Source: Pirellulales bacterium (GTDB lineage Bacteria; Planctomycetota; Planctomycetia; Pirellulales; JALHPA01). From it: DNA of 64,000 nucleotides. Where the stretch lies: assembly GCA_041736895.1 (NCBI GenBank), contig JBGSSS010000210.1, positions 7,169 through 71,168 on the forward strand. Direction: 5' to 3'. Made by a program: the position numbers and the translations under genes. The notes beneath the pieces are model-generated. The model was not told the origin of the DNA. It did not search any database and saw only the letters and a list, made by a program, of their open reading frames with translations. Positions 48,872 to 56,682 of the stretch are shown in pieces (positions within the stretch are counted from its first letter, which is position 1; every line of letters starts with the position of its first letter).

Positions 48872-49828
48872 CTAGCAATTCGCTCTCCAACGCAACGCCG
48901 TCGCTAGTCCACCAACGGTCAGCAGCAACAGCGGAAACAAAGTCGGTTCGGGGACCGCAGCGACTACCGTGAATCGATAGCTTTGCATCCGTCCCTCACC
49001 TTCCAGACGACCAAACGCGACCCCGTCATCGTTGAGGTTCAACGCAAAATTGCCCTCGCTTAACTCGAACACATCGGCGTTCGACGGGATAGCAAATCCA
49101 TCGCCGTACTCGGTCAATGCCCCGCCTAAGGCGATCACATAGTCTCCGGGCGCGAGGTCGGCGTTGATTAGACTGGCAAACTCGTCGTCGCCGAAGAAGC
49201 GGTTGTCGTCGAACTCGTCATCGCTCTGGGCAAGCAGCGTGCCGTCAATCGTGTACAAGGCGATGCTCGTATCCATAGTGCTGCCGAGCGTGTCAATCGA
49301 CATGGCGCCCGCGTTGAATGACCCGAGGTCGATTAGCGGCGTCGGGGGAGACCCGATGCCTCCCGCATGCTCGCGGAGCACCAACCGGGTGAGTATGTCC
49401 CACCGGGCGTCAGCGCCGGGGCCATCATCGAAGTCTTCAAACGCTTCAAAGCGAAACTCGTCGTCTTGCTGGGCGAAGACGAGCAACTGCGGAGTCGTGA
49501 CGATGGTGACGCTGGTCGAGTCGTCAAAATCGCCTTCTTCGTCCGTTGCGATCTGGACCGAGAAATCGTAGCCCTGCGTGACGTTCGTGATTTGGAAGAA
49601 TGCCTCGTCAAGTCGAGAGTCGTCGAGCACTCGTCGCCAACGGCCGAGAAAGTTCATCTCGGTGAAGATCGTCGTCGGGCCGCCGTAGTTTGCCGAAGCC
49701 GACCCGTTGCCGGCTTCGCCGAAAGCGCCGATCGAGTCGAGGACCTGATTGTCGATTCGTACCTCAGCGGCGTCGGCTCCAATCGAGGCCAGGAGTAATA
49801 GAGTGGCGAGCAGGATTATTCGCGTCAT
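48872..49828 (-). CDS. PEP-CTERM sorting domain-containing protein
   Basis: MTRIILLATLLLLASIGADA signal at ATG 49828. C-terminus AAVPEPTLFPLLLLTVGGLATALRWR. Confidence 0.75.
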   Translation of the reverse strand: MTRIILLATLLLLASIGADAAEVRIDNQVLDSIGAFGEAGNGSASANYGGPTTIFTEMNFLGRWRRVLDDSRLDEAFFQITNVTQGYDFSVQIATDEEGDFDDSTSVTIVTTPQLLVFAQQDDEFRFEAFEDFDDGPGADARWDILTRLVLREHAGGIGSPPTPLIDLGSFNAGAMSIDTLGSTMDTSIALYTIDGTLLAQSDDEFDDNRFFGDDEFASLINADLAPGDYVIALGGALTEYGDGFAIPSNADVFELSEGNFALNLNDDGVAFGRLEGEGRMQSYRFTVVAAVPEPTLFPLLLLTVGGLATALRWRANC

Positions 49829-49999
49829 ATTCTGTAGTTCCGGGGTGCAGCAAGAGCCAAGGTAGGTTACGATGTCCACGAGTTTAATCTGCTGTTTACC
49901 GGGTCGCTTGTCCAAAAGTGCTCCAAACCCGTACACATGCACGAACTCGATCACTCGCGGACAAGCAGATTGGCTAGTGAGACGCCAGAAACATAACCG

Positions 50000-50917
50000 A
50001 TGAAATCAACGCCTTCCAATGAGACTCGCCGCCGCGTGCTCGACGCCGCGATCGCGGCCGAGCGGGACTCCTCCCCCGACCTAACCGTGGAGCTGATGGC
50101 CGAGTTTGTGGGGCTTTCTTTAAAGCACTTTCAGCGTGCTTTTCTTGCTGTGCTCGGTGAGACACCAAAGGAGTACTTGCGTAGGGTCCGCTTACAACGC
50201 GCCGCCTACTTGTTGAAATGGTCGGATCTGCTTGTGATCGACATTGCCATCGAGTCGGGCTTTCACACTCACGCTGGTTTCACTCACGCATTCGCCAAGG
50301 CCTACGGGTGTTCACCCCTCGTGTTTCGGCAAGAGGAGGGCATAGCGCCGTTCCTGAGGCGGCGTACCCATGTGCCAGGCCCCAACGGCCTCCAGTCCGG
50401 AAACTTCGACACGTCGCGGCTGGTGGTTCGCGTTCAAAAGCTTGATGCGGTACGAGTCGCCGCAATGAGGCACATCGGCTCCGTTGAGAGTTGCGCCCGG
50501 GTCTGGGTCGCTATGAGAACGTGGGCGAGAGAGGTTGGTCTTGCGAACCGCAACACTGAGTACTTGGGAATCCACAACGACTACTGGGACCCACTCGCCG
50601 AAGACAAGTATCGCTACGATGCAGCGGTGGTGATCCCTCCAGGATTCGAACACCGCCTCGTTAATGACAATCGAGTCAACTTCTTCACCATCCCCGGCGG
50701 CGCCGTCGCGAAGACAGAGTTTGCGGGCTCGTTGGCAGAAGCAGACGCCACCTGGCGGCGGTTCGTGGACCAATGGCTACCGATCAGCGGATATCGACCG
50801 CGGACCGCCTACGCGTACGACACCTACCCACCCAGCCTCATCCAGGCCGGTGCGCTCCAGAGGATCCTTCAGGCTTTCACTGGAATTCGGGCAACGCTTT
50901 GTCTGCCGATTGAGTGA
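50000..50917 (+). CDS. AraC family transcriptional regulator with GyrI-like effector-binding domain
   Basis: HTH region LSLKHFQRAFLAVLGETPKEYLRRVRLQRAAYLL...IAIESGFHTHAGFTHAFAKAYGCSP. C-terminal GyrI-like half. Confidence 0.85.
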   Translation: MKSTPSNETRRRVLDAAIAAERDSSPDLTVELMAEFVGLSLKHFQRAFLAVLGETPKEYLRRVRLQRAAYLLKWSDLLVIDIAIESGFHTHAGFTHAFAKAYGCSPLVFRQEEGIAPFLRRRTHVPGPNGLQSGNFDTSRLVVRVQKLDAVRVAAMRHIGSVESCARVWVAMRTWAREVGLANRNTEYLGIHNDYWDPLAEDKYRYDAAVVIPPGFEHRLVNDNRVNFFTIPGGAVAKTEFAGSLAEADATWRRFVDQWLPISGYRPRTAYAYDTYPPSLIQAGALQRILQAFTGIRATLCLPIE

Positions 50918-50930
50918 ATGGCCGAACCCA

Positions 50931-50953
50931 ATAAAGGGGCCTGACCCCTTTTC
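50931..50953. terminator. AAAGGGG-CCTGA-CCCCTTTT hairpin (terminator-like dispersed repeat)
   Basis: 14 nt after the AraC-family stop. Same hairpin at 48658-48682 (inverted loop) and 48815-48838. Confidence 0.65.
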
Positions 50954-51064
50954 TTCTCAAAGCTGCCTCAAATTCAAGGTTAATTCCCACGATTTCAAAC
51001 GTCCGCGGGAATATACTAATAGTCTGCCTGAATTCGGCCTGCCGCGGAGCAACTCGCCGCGCGG

Positions 51065-54000
51065 TTGGCGTTCCCACCTTGCTCGAATCGCCTTGCGGAG
51101 GCGTCCTTGATTTTGCTTGCTCGTTGCCGTTTTGCGCTCGCGCTCTTCACGCTACTGCTCGCGGTCTTGCTTCGCGCTGGCGTAGGCGCCGAGCCCGAAC
51201 GAAAACCGCTTGCCGCCGCGCCGGCCGACATGGCCGGGCTGCAAACTTTGTTCACGCGCTACTGCGTCGAGTGTCATGGCGCCAAAACAGCCGAAGCCGA
51301 ACTACGGTTCGAGGCCGTGGCCGGGCTGGGTCTGGAAACGCGGCTCGATTTTTTGAACCGCGCGCAGGAGCAAATCGTCATCGGCGAGATGCCGCCGGCC
51401 GAGGCCCAACAGCCGACGGAAGCCGAACGCCGCCGGTTGTCTGATTTGATCGGCACGGAACTGCGTAGGCACAACGCGTCGAAGCTCGAAGACAAACTTC
51501 GCAAACCGGAATACGGCAATGTCGTCGACCACGAGAAGCTGTTCTCCGGCCAATACAAAGATCTTCCCGGCGCGACACCCGACCGCCGCTGGCTGATTAG
51601 CGAATACATCTTCGACGCCAAGTTCAACACGCTCCTGGGTTACGTCGGCCAGCGCGATATCGACGGCAAGCGTTACCAGATCATCGGCGACAACAACCGG
51701 AACGGCGCACGGGTGAATCTGACGAACCCGTTTTTGTTGCCGACGCTGAGCGGCGTGCGGTATTACGATACGGCTTCCTTGGATGGCGGCCATCTGTTGA
51801 CGATGCTGACCAATGCCAAGGAAGTGTCGGCGTACTTGCTGATGCGCGCGAGAAATAAGGGCTTCATTCCCGCAGTCGATACGATCATGAAGCTAGAATG
51901 GGAACATGAAAAGATTCTCGCGGCGCGCGAAGGGTATTTGAAGCTGAATATCGAGCCGTTGCTCAGCGAGCTCTACCCTGAGCAGCACGAGCGTTTGCTG
52001 CCGAAGTTTACGGCAAGCAAATACACGCCGCCTCCGGTCGCTCTGGGTGCTGACGGCAAGCCGCTCAAGAAGCCGGTCTTCGATACGGCGAAACCGTCGA
52101 ATGATGAACTGAATGAGATCTGGTCAGGCATCCGCAGACACTCGCCCGATGGGGCCGCGGACCCGGCGCTGATCGAGAAATGCGAGCGCGACTGGTTTTA
52201 TTTTGGCGTGAACGAGCGAACGATCCAAGCACGGTTCTCGTTCATGCACGCCTACCTGGAGGACCTGCTCAAGAAGATGCCCAAGGCGAGCGCCGTGAAG
52301 CTCAAACCGCAGGCGGATGCCGAGCTGGCGATCATCCGCGCCGCGCTGCTCAAGCACCGCCAAGCGGGTGATACCTTCGCGGCGATCATTGCCAAATGCA
52401 TGGCCGAGTGGAGCGACGAATTCCGCCGCGAGCGCGAAAAAATTAGCGTCACCGACGAGACGCTGAGCGCGCTCGTGGACCAACTTTTTGTCAAGATTCT
52501 GGAGCGTTCGCCGACGCCCGAGGAACTGACCGAGTACCTAGCCCTGACGAAATCGTACCTGCCCCAGTTGGGGAACGCAAAAACGATCGAGCGGCTGCTG
52601 CAAACATTGATCCTGCGCACCGATTTCGTCTATCGCCAAGAGTTTGGCGTCGGCGAAGCGGACGAGCACGGGCGGAAGCTGCTCTCGCCTCGTGATGCCA
52701 GCTACGCGCTCGCTTACGCGCTCACCGACAGCAGCCCCGACAAGGAACTGCAAGAAGCGGTCAAGAACGGTAAGCTCAACACGCGCGAAGACTACCGCCG
52801 CGAAGTCGAGCGGATGCTCAATAATCGCAGCCAGTATTACCTGATTGAGGAAGCCGTCGACCGCAGCGGGCACGACAGCCTGACCAACCTGCCCATTCGC
52901 AAGCTCCGGTTCTTTCGCGAATTTTTCGGCTATCCCGGGATGCTCGCGATCTTCAAGGATAACAAACGCTTCGGCGGCAATTATACCGATGCCGCGGGGC
53001 GCTTGGTGAGCGAAGCCGATATGCTGGTGGAGCTGATCCTCAAAGAAGACAGAAATGTCTTCGAGCGACTGCTCTCTACCGAGGAGTTCTACGTCTATCA
53101 CAGCGGCAACAATGCGGCGATGGCCGCGGCCACCGATCGCATTCGCAAAATCTATGATCACTTCAAAGATCTCGATTGGCAAAACTTCGATGCGGAACAA
53201 TTGATCGCGCATGTGCCGTTTCTCAAAGAGAATCCCATGCCCGGTCTGAATTTGGACGTGATCGGCAAACCGGGCGGCCGTTCGGATCAGGTCAAGATAT
53301 TCAAAGGAATGATGACCAACTACACGCAACGGCTGGGGACCAAGCAAACGGTGACCGCGCCTTTCTCCTCGGTCTTCGGAGTCCCGAGCGCCGCGAATAC
53401 GCGCACCGGGAAAAGACTCGGCGGCGCCGAGGTGGCCAAGGCGTTCAATCTCGATATGCTGAGTTGGGACTATCCAACGACCCAACCCGCCAAGATGGAA
53501 CACCGTCGCGGCCTCTTGACGCATCCCGCTTGGCTCATCGCGTTTGCCGGCAACACGGCGACCGACCCCGTCCGCCGCGGCAAGTGGGTGCGCGAGAAAT
53601 TGCTCGCCGGCACCATCCCCGATGTGCCGGTGACGGTCGATGCCGTGATCCCCGAGGATCATCACAAGACCCTGCGCCAGCGGCTGGAGCTGAAGACGTC
53701 GGACAGCTACTGCGCGAAGTGCCATGACCGCATGAATCCGTTGGGCGTGGCTTTTGAAATGTACGATGACTTTGGCCGCTTTCGCACCGAGGAATCGCTC
53801 GAACACCCCGATAACCTAGTCAAGAAGATGCCCGACAAAGGCGCGCCGCACGACGACCTCCGCGACATTTACAAGACACTCCCGGTGAACGCCGCGGGCA
53901 AGCTCACAGGCACGGGCGACCCGAAATTGGATGGCGAACTGCGCGATGCGCTGGACCTTGCCCAGCGGCTGGCGAAGTCCGCAAAGGTCCGGCAATCGAT

Positions 54001-54172
54001 CATTCGCCACGCGTTTCGCTTTTTCCTGGGCCGCAACGAAGTTTTATCCGATTCCAAAACGCTGATCGATGCCGATAATGCTTATGTCCAAAGCGGCGGC
54101 AGCTTCGACGCGGTCATCGTTTCGCTGCTAACATCAGATTCGTTCATTTACCGCAAACCTGCGACCAACTAA
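51065..54172 (+). CDS. DUF1592/DUF1588/DUF1585-type planctomycete cytochrome-domain protein
   Basis: YCVECHG near the N-terminus and CAKCHDRMNPLGVAFEMYDDFGRFR near the C-terminus. Followed by its usual DUF1552 partner. TTG start at 51065 is uncertain. Confidence 0.85.
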   Translation: MAFPPCSNRLAEASLILLARCRFALALFTLLLAVLLRAGVGAEPERKPLAAAPADMAGLQTLFTRYCVECHGAKTAEAELRFEAVAGLGLETRLDFLNRAQEQIVIGEMPPAEAQQPTEAERRRLSDLIGTELRRHNASKLEDKLRKPEYGNVVDHEKLFSGQYKDLPGATPDRRWLISEYIFDAKFNTLLGYVGQRDIDGKRYQIIGDNNRNGARVNLTNPFLLPTLSGVRYYDTASLDGGHLLTMLTNAKEVSAYLLMRARNKGFIPAVDTIMKLEWEHEKILAAREGYLKLNIEPLLSELYPEQHERLLPKFTASKYTPPPVALGADGKPLKKPVFDTAKPSNDELNEIWSGIRRHSPDGAADPALIEKCERDWFYFGVNERTIQARFSFMHAYLEDLLKKMPKASAVKLKPQADAELAIIRAALLKHRQAGDTFAAIIAKCMAEWSDEFRREREKISVTDETLSALVDQLFVKILERSPTPEELTEYLALTKSYLPQLGNAKTIERLLQTLILRTDFVYRQEFGVGEADEHGRKLLSPRDASYALAYALTDSSPDKELQEAVKNGKLNTREDYRREVERMLNNRSQYYLIEEAVDRSGHDSLTNLPIRKLRFFREFFGYPGMLAIFKDNKRFGGNYTDAAGRLVSEADMLVELILKEDRNVFERLLSTEEFYVYHSGNNAAMAAATDRIRKIYDHFKDLDWQNFDAEQLIAHVPFLKENPMPGLNLDVIGKPGGRSDQVKIFKGMMTNYTQRLGTKQTVTAPFSSVFGVPSAANTRTGKRLGGAEVAKAFNLDMLSWDYPTTQPAKMEHRRGLLTHPAWLIAFAGNTATDPVRRGKWVREKLLAGTIPDVPVTVDAVIPEDHHKTLRQRLELKTSDSYCAKCHDRMNPLGVAFEMYDDFGRFRTEESLEHPDNLVKKMPDKGAPHDDLRDIYKTLPVNAAGKLTGTGDPKLDGELRDALDLAQRLAKSAKVRQSIIRHAFRFFLGRNEVLSDSKTLIDADNAYVQSGGSFDAVIVSLLTSDSFIYRKPATN

Positions 54173-54191
54173 CGATAGAAAGCTCGCCAAC

Positions 54192-55583
54192 ATGAAAACC
54201 CGTCGCGATTTTCTCAAAACGACTGCCCTGGGCGCTGGCGCGTTGGCGCTGACTCCGAGCTTTGCTGCATTTGGTGCGGCACCCGCCGTAGGCATCCCCA
54301 AGCGGTTTGTGTTTATTCGCAAATCGAACGGCGAGCGGCCGAACGAAGTCGCGCTGCCGACGCTGGCTGCCAAAGAAAAAGCGCTCGAGGAAAAGAAGGA
54401 AGCCTTTGAGGTCGACCTGCACAACCACGAGCTGCCCGTCTATCTCCGCGCGTTGGAAAAGCACAAAGCCAATCTGGGCATCCTGCAGGGCTTGTCGTGC
54501 ATGATGAGCGAGAACGGCCACTTCTCGTACTCGTCGATCATGGGCGCGTTCAAATCGAACCGCAATTCGCTGAGCGGCATCAAGCGCGCCACGATCGATT
54601 TCGAATTGGCCAAGCTTTTTCCCTCGCCCTTTGGCCATGTCGAACTCTCGCTCACCGGCGACTACAACACCTATCGCACCGGTATTGTTTCCGGGTATTC
54701 GGCGTCGGGCCCTCATCAGCGCAACTATTGCTACGCCGATCCGCAGACCGCGTTCAATGAGCTGTTCCAGGCGGTGACCAATCCGGGCGCGGTGAACTCG
54801 GACAATGCGATGCTGAACTTTCTGGAGCGCGAAGAGTCGTTCAAGGAGCGCATCCTCGTCGGCTACGAGAAGCAAAAACTCAGCAACCACATTAGCTCGA
54901 TCGAAGCGATCCAAGCCCGCAACCAGAAACTCGCGCAGATGGCCGGCTCCATCGAGAAGCACATCCCCGCGCTCGCCAAGGTCCACGCCAACGGCGGACC
55001 GACCGCTAGTTACCCAGAAAAGCAAGAGGCGATGACCGACATCCTCATCGCCGCGCTCGTCACGGGTCTGACGAATGTCGTGACCTACACGATCGACGAG
55101 CTCTCGACGCCCGTGCGCGGACTCCCCGGCAACGAAACGGATCGCATCTCGATCCACGCCATCGGCCACAACGAAAGCTACAGCGGCGTGCCGGCCGACA
55201 AGATCCGCGAGAACATCCGCATCGGCCAAATCGCCCAGGTCGCCAAAATCGTCGAACGACTCAAGGCCACACCCGAGGGCAGCGGCACCATGTTCGACAG
55301 CACGATGATCATGTATTTCCCCGAGGGGGGCGAAACGCATCACGGCTGGGGCTATGAAGCGCCGTTTGTGATCCTGGCCGGGGACAAGTGCAATCTGAAC
55401 ATCGCCGGCCGTTACCTCCGCCTGCCCTACCACGGCACCGCGGGTCATAAAACCATTGGCAATTGGTACACGACGCTGCTGAACGCCCACGGCAACCCGC
55501 TCAAACATTACGGCGACCTCGATCTCGAGATGTCGCGCAAGAAGCTGGATCAACTCGGCGCGATTCAACCGTTGCTGGGGTAA
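54192..55583 (+). CDS. DUF1552 domain-containing protein (Tat signal)
   Basis: MKTRRDFLKTTALGAGALAL twin-arginine leader. Family-typical length and position after a DUF1592-type gene. Confidence 0.85.
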   Translation: MKTRRDFLKTTALGAGALALTPSFAAFGAAPAVGIPKRFVFIRKSNGERPNEVALPTLAAKEKALEEKKEAFEVDLHNHELPVYLRALEKHKANLGILQGLSCMMSENGHFSYSSIMGAFKSNRNSLSGIKRATIDFELAKLFPSPFGHVELSLTGDYNTYRTGIVSGYSASGPHQRNYCYADPQTAFNELFQAVTNPGAVNSDNAMLNFLEREESFKERILVGYEKQKLSNHISSIEAIQARNQKLAQMAGSIEKHIPALAKVHANGGPTASYPEKQEAMTDILIAALVTGLTNVVTYTIDELSTPVRGLPGNETDRISIHAIGHNESYSGVPADKIRENIRIGQIAQVAKIVERLKATPEGSGTMFDSTMIMYFPEGGETHHGWGYEAPFVILAGDKCNLNIAGRYLRLPYHGTAGHKTIGNWYTTLLNAHGNPLKHYGDLDLEMSRKKLDQLGAIQPLLG

Positions 55584-55659
55584 GGGATCACTCAAAAATG
55601 AGTTCCGCATTTTTTGTCGCCCGCAGAGTTACAACATGATGCAACTGCTATCACGGAAT

Positions 55660-55761
55660 AGCTCCGAAGGAGCGGCATTGTGTAGCCAGGGGTGTAAGCC
55701 CCTGGTTGACTTCACCAGGGGCTTGCACCCCTGGCTACATTCCTTCGCTCCTTCGGAGCTT
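55660..55761. repeat. nested ~100-nt palindrome containing a GTAGCC-headed doublet
   Basis: AGCTCCGAAGGAGCG...GTAGCCAGGGGTGTAAGCCCCTGG...CCAGGGGCTTGCACCCCTGGCTAC...CGCTCCTTCGGAGCT. Confidence 0.6.
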
Positions 55762-56070
55762 TGCCAGCAGATGTAGAATGTTGGTTAGCGAGGGCGACAA
55801 TAAACTTATGACGCCCTCGCTAACGCTACGGGCTATAAATTCCTCACTCACGGCAGGTGCCTGGGGTTGAGCAAGCGGTCCTCCGCACCAGGAAGACAGC
55901 GAACCCCCAGCGAGTTCAAGCTTGCGCTAAAAAAACAATAAAGCTGGGGGCCGCGCGATTGCGCTCCGACCCCAGTCACCCGTTGTTTTTAAAGAATTTC
56001 AAGCTTTTTTCTCGCTTGGTGTCGAATCATGTCGCGGCACTGTGTTTGTCTTGGTAAGGAGACATGACAA

Positions 56071-56682
56071 GTGACAAATAACGACAGCCAATTCCCGGAG
56101 ACCGCGGCCAGCTTGCTGCTGCAATTGCAAGCGGGCGGCGATCACGAAGCCTGGCTCGAATTTGTCTCGATCTATCGCCCGATCATTTATCGCCTGGCGC
56201 GCCAGCGCGGCTTGCAAGATGCGGATGCCCAGGACTTGGCTCAGCAGGTTCTGCTGTCGATCTCCCGCTCGATCGCGCAGTGGCAGAAAAATGACGAGTC
56301 CGTGCGCTTTCGCCACTGGCTGCGCCGCGTTGCCAAGAATGCCATCTGCAATGCCCTGACTCGCCAGCCCCGAGATCGCGCTGCCGGCGGGACTTCGGTG
56401 CTAAACCTGCTCGCAGAACAAGCCGAGCCCGGCGAAGATGTTACCCGCGAACTGGAACTCGAACATCGCCGCGAGCTCTTCCTGCGCGCGGCGGCTATCG
56501 TGAAGATGAGCGTGGCGGCGGAGACCTGGCAGGTGTTTCAGTTGGCCGTGATCGAAGGTCTCCCCATCGAACAAGTCGCGGCGCGCTTGAACAAATCCGT
56601 GGGGGCTGCCTACGCGGCGCGCGGCCGGATCATGAATCGTTTACACCAAACTATTGAGCAATTGGAGCTGAATGAATCATGA
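56071..56682 (+). CDS. ECF-type RNA polymerase sigma-70 family factor
   Basis: Region 2 (YRPIIYRLARQRGLQDADAQDLAQQVLL) and region 4 HTH (IEGLPIEQVAARLNKSVGAAYAARGRIMNRL). GTG start 8 nt after AAGGAG. Stop overlaps the next gene (ATGA). Confidence 0.85.
   Translation: MTNNDSQFPETAASLLLQLQAGGDHEAWLEFVSIYRPIIYRLARQRGLQDADAQDLAQQVLLSISRSIAQWQKNDESVRFRHWLRRVAKNAICNALTRQPRDRAAGGTSVLNLLAEQAEPGEDVTRELELEHRRELFLRAAAIVKMSVAAETWQVFQLAVIEGLPIEQVAARLNKSVGAAYAARGRIMNRLHQTIEQLELNES

Noticed and set aside
52538-55610. 422-aa and 488-aa minus-strand ORFs (52538-53806, 54144-55610)
   Set aside because: They are antisense to the DUF1592-type and DUF1552 genes. They have no motifs and shadow-ORF composition.
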